Shown: piece after piece, positions 34,841 through 38,630 of the stretch | How the letters are laid out: each line of letters begins with the position of its first letter | How positions within the stretch are numbered: the first letter of the stretch is position 1 | Source of the DNA: Chiloscyllium plagiosum | Lineage: Eukaryota | Direction: 5' to 3' | NCBI RefSeq assembly: GCF_004010195.1 | Contig: NC_057718.1 | Coordinates: 32,984,727-33,023,356 of the forward strand | DNA: 38,630 nucleotides | Made by a program: the position numbers and the translations under genes | Notes under the pieces: model-generated | What the model was told of the DNA's origin: nothing | What the model saw: only the letters and a program-made list of their open reading frames with translations | Databases searched by the model: none

Positions 34841-35188
34841 CATAGATATCATAGAATTCCTACAGTGTGGAAAGAGGCCATTTGGCCCAACAAGTCCACA
34901 CCGATCCTCCAAAGTGTAACCCACCCAGACCCATTCCTCTACCCTATTATTCTACATTTACCCCTGACTAATGCACTTAACCTATACATCCCTGAACACT
35001 ATGGGCAATTTAGTATGGCCAAATCACTTAACTTGCACATCTTTGGATTGTGGGATGAAAGTGGAGCAAACCCATGCAGGTATGGGAAGAATGTGCAAAC
35101 TCCAAACAGACAGTCGCTTGAGGCTGGAATCAAACCTGGGTCCCTGGTGTTAAGAGGCAGCAGTGCTGACCACTGAGCCACCATGCTG
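34841..35188 (-). mobile_element. HE1-like SINE
   Basis: Same head, body and tail as the other HE1 copies. Confidence 0.88.
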
Positions 35189-36559
35189 CACTGTTAGGTA
35201 GGTTATTCAGGGTAATTTGGAGAAGTCAGTGTCCAGGCTGAACCATGGTTAGTCAGGACGGCAAGTAAAGTCTGGTAATGGGCTTCATTGTACTGGGTTG
35301 CTGAAGGAATGGTGACAGTGATGGGGACAATTGGAGATAGTTGGGTGGGACTTCATAATGACTACGAAGGGACTGGAGCCTCTAGAAAGAGGGATTCAAA
35401 CAGGTCACAGTAACTCTGGTCTCTACAGGGGGAGAGTGAGGATAAAGTGGGCATATTAACAATATCTAAAGAGGCTTAATGGAAATAGTGGAAGGCAGAA
35501 AAGCTTTAGGGGCCACAGTGAAAACAATACACAAGGCTAGATGAAGGTTATGTGGAATAGTTGCGCATAACAGCCAGAGTCCACAAAGTAGTCATATTCA
35601 AATCAATTTGGAATATCACCATGTTGGCTCTCTGTGCAATGTGGGGGACTAAGCTATTGTTTTTTCCATCAGAGGTGGAGTAAAACCTTTGGAAGTTGAA
35701 GCTCTGCTACAGGTAATCGCGGTAATGATGCCTCCAAGTGGCTTCAATTTACACTTCATCAGCAGGTCATTCATTGTCGAAAAAGGCAGACATGGCCTCA
35801 TGTATTCATGACCATTACATTGTGCACATTAATTGCCTCTTTGTCATTTAAGCTAAGTAAATGTAGTGAGAAAATGGTATTTGGAAACAGAACTTAAAGT
35901 ATTTATTTCACAAGCATTTTCAATATCAAGCCTATAAGACAATGTTTTGCAACTACCACATTCACACTCAGCAAGTTATATATGCAAGGACATGACCTGT
36001 GATGTGGAAGGCAGCCTTTTCTTTGGGGCAGGTCATGGGGGGTAGCTCTATCATGGTGTCTTACTGGCAGAATCATACTCCCCCAATGCATAGTAAAGCT
36101 TTGGTTGTGTAACGTATAATTGGATGTGGTGATGTATCTCAGATCTCCTTATTGAGGTGTGAAAATGACTTCCTTGAAATGTTTCTATGACACAGTCTGT
36201 GAAGGCATAGCACAAGGCTTCATTGTGATGGATGTGAGGGCTCAGAGGCTCCTTCAAGAAACTTGTATCACCTTGCTGACTATCTCCAAAGATCATCAGT
36301 TCAGTAATCTCTTGCACAGATTGCATGGTGGGAGTTCATGGGGCCTTGGACCACCTGCAAAACAACTTAGAAGGAGATGATGACTATGACTTTGTTAGCA
36401 AGAACATCAAGAACAGCAAACTCCAGAGATGGAAGCAGCACATGAGGTACCACCATGGAGGCAGAGGTGTATATTGGGGTCATATGGGGGTGGCTGTTGG
36501 GGGACAAGAGCTACCCCCTCCAAAACTGACCAAAGACACTTTTACAAAACTCTCAGCCT

Positions 36560-36750
36560 GAAACAGAATGCAGACACAACACATAACAGTAATAGACTCG
36601 CCAACTTTAAGGGCATTTAAATGGGCATTGGTTAGGCATATGGACGAGAATGGAATAATGTAGGTTAGATGGACTTCAGATTGGTTCCACAGGTCGGTGC
36701 AACATCAAGGGTCAAGGGGCTTGTACTGCGCTGAAATGTCCTATGTTCTA
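36560..36750 (+). mobile_element. CR1 extreme 3' end
   Basis: gcatttaaatgggcattgg...ggtcggtgcaacatcaagggtcaaggggcttgtactgcgctg..ctatgttcta. Confidence 0.65.
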
Positions 36751-36927
36751 CGGTATACATTTTGTACTTCCACCAGGACCATTGTGGAACATATCATTAG
36801 CCTCCTTCGTTTGAGGTTTCAGTACTGGATGGCTCTAGCACATGTTATGGACTACGCCAGATCACTCAAAACATTCTTAAGCAGGCAGCTCCAGACTTTG
36901 CAATTTGTTTTGGTAAGTGTACAGTGA

Positions 36928-37441
36928 ACATTAACTGGAGTAAGTTGGCTAGGTTGACTACTAGATTTTAAAACCGACAAAAATTTATTCACAAAATTAT
37001 ACAATGAAACACAAATAACAGAATAAAGAACACCTACAGAACTCAATCTATCCAAACTAGACTATATTATGCTGTTCCAAACATATACAACAGTCCCAAT
37101 AAGCAAACTCCCTTTAAAACCTAGTATAAATGGAACACATTGCTTACAGGTTGAAGTTGAAGGGCAGAAAGAGAGAGTGAGAGTTTCCACACAGCTCCCT
37201 GTTGAACCCCTTACCAATTCAGACTGAACTAAACTGCTCAGCTTAGCTAGAAAGCTGACCACTCCCATTTCTTTATACAGGTCCCTTCTAAAACATGACC
37301 ACTTTGGCCTGAAGTCTCATCTATTTACATATAAACAAAAGGCCTCTCAAAATCCTCTTTATCCTCTTTCTAAGGCTATCCCTCTGAAAAAAAAATCAAG
37401 GACAGAGTATCCTTGAGCCAAGGAACAGCTTTTAGAAAAAA
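36928..37441. repeat. Probable interspersed repeat, possibly LTR-like, running into the gap
   Basis: Composition, AATAAA/TATAAA motifs and recall only; no second copy or TG..CA pair is visible. Confidence 0.25.
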
Positions 37442-37941
37442 NNNNNNNNNNNNNNNNNNNNNNNNNNNNNNNNNNNNNNNNNNNNNNNNNNNNNNNNNNN
37501 NNNNNNNNNNNNNNNNNNNNNNNNNNNNNNNNNNNNNNNNNNNNNNNNNNNNNNNNNNNNNNNNNNNNNNNNNNNNNNNNNNNNNNNNNNNNNNNNNNNN
37601 NNNNNNNNNNNNNNNNNNNNNNNNNNNNNNNNNNNNNNNNNNNNNNNNNNNNNNNNNNNNNNNNNNNNNNNNNNNNNNNNNNNNNNNNNNNNNNNNNNNN
37701 NNNNNNNNNNNNNNNNNNNNNNNNNNNNNNNNNNNNNNNNNNNNNNNNNNNNNNNNNNNNNNNNNNNNNNNNNNNNNNNNNNNNNNNNNNNNNNNNNNNN
37801 NNNNNNNNNNNNNNNNNNNNNNNNNNNNNNNNNNNNNNNNNNNNNNNNNNNNNNNNNNNNNNNNNNNNNNNNNNNNNNNNNNNNNNNNNNNNNNNNNNNN
37901 NNNNNNNNNNNNNNNNNNNNNNNNNNNNNNNNNNNNNNNNN
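37442..37941. other. Assembly gap (500 N)
   Basis: Run of N. Confidence 1.
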
Positions 37942-38630
37942 CCACCTGACAGCACCCGGCACATACCCATCCAAACCCTTCCTATTCATGTAACCATCCA
38001 AATGCCTCTTAAATGGTGCAATTATAGCAGCCTCCACCACTTCCTCTGGCAGCTCATTCCATACACGTACCACCCTCTGTGTGAAAAAGTTTCCTCTTAC
38101 GTCTCTTTTATATCTTTTCCTTCTCACCCTAAACCTATGCCCTCCAGTTCTGGACTCCCCGACCCTAGGGAAAAGACTTTGCCTATTTACCCTATCGGTG
38201 CATCTCATAATTTTGTAAATCTCTATAAGGTCACCCCTCAGCCTCCGACGCTCCAGGGAAAACAGCCCCACCCTGTTCAGCCTCTCCCTGTAGCTCAAAT
38301 CCTCCAACCTTGGCAAGATCCTCGTAAATCTTTTCTGAACCCTTTCAAGTTTCACATCATCTTTCCGATAGGAAGGAGACCAGAATTGCACGCAATATTC
38401 CAACAGTGGCCGAACCAATGTCCTGTACAGCCGCAACATGACCTCCCAACCCCTGTACTCGATACTCTGACCAATAAAGGAAAGCATACCAAATGCCTTC
38501 TTCACTATCCTACCTACCTGTGACTCCACTTTCAAAGAGCTATGAATCTGCACTCCAAGGTCTCTTTGTTCAGCAACACTCCCTAGAACCTTACCATTAA
38601 GTGTATAAGTCCTGCTAAGATTTGCTTTCC
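37942..38630 (-). mobile_element. Young CR1 ORF2 C-terminal region
   Basis: Open frame LEYCVQFWSPSYRKD...WNELPEEVVEA. Confidence 0.93.

Noticed and set aside
35700..36560. Harbinger-like motifs (IFGDS..CVIETF; ASCIHDHYI)
   Set aside because: The motifs are weak and lie on opposite strands; an HMM search would be needed.
34010..38630. The CR1 at 33262-34032 is truncated at the same motif (gctaagatttgct) where the window ends
   Set aside because: The second boundary is the window edge, so a shared breakpoint cannot be inferred.

Overview
Repeat-rich vertebrate genomic DNA. The HE1-like SINEs and HER1/CR1-like LINEs suggest a shark (inference). It has two assembly gaps. The only host-gene feature I can support is the first coding exon of a GTP cyclohydrolase I gene (minus strand, 9224-8921), with a TATA box and CRE-like site just upstream; its N-terminus resembles the fish gch2/GchIb paralog. 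Positions 1-8920 are therefore probably intron 1. The rest is a mosaic of mobile-element remnants: two long decayed CR1 LINEs with a zinc-finger/SGNH-esterase ORF1, many CR1 and L2 fragments, HE1 and other tRNA-SINEs, and a Harbinger transposase remnant. The most notable hidden structure is about 12 insertions derived from Penelope-like element (PLE) termini, mostly 90-260 bp. They fall into four sequence families that share a minimal hammerhead-ribozyme pattern: CUGANGA-N-stem II-GAAA-palindromic stem III-UH. Several are fold-back palindromes or have 10-14 bp target-site duplications (TSDs), and many are 5'-truncated at the ribozyme. One copy is still attached to a GIY-YIG endonuclease ORF, which ties the main family to a PLE. 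Repeat boundaries are approximate.
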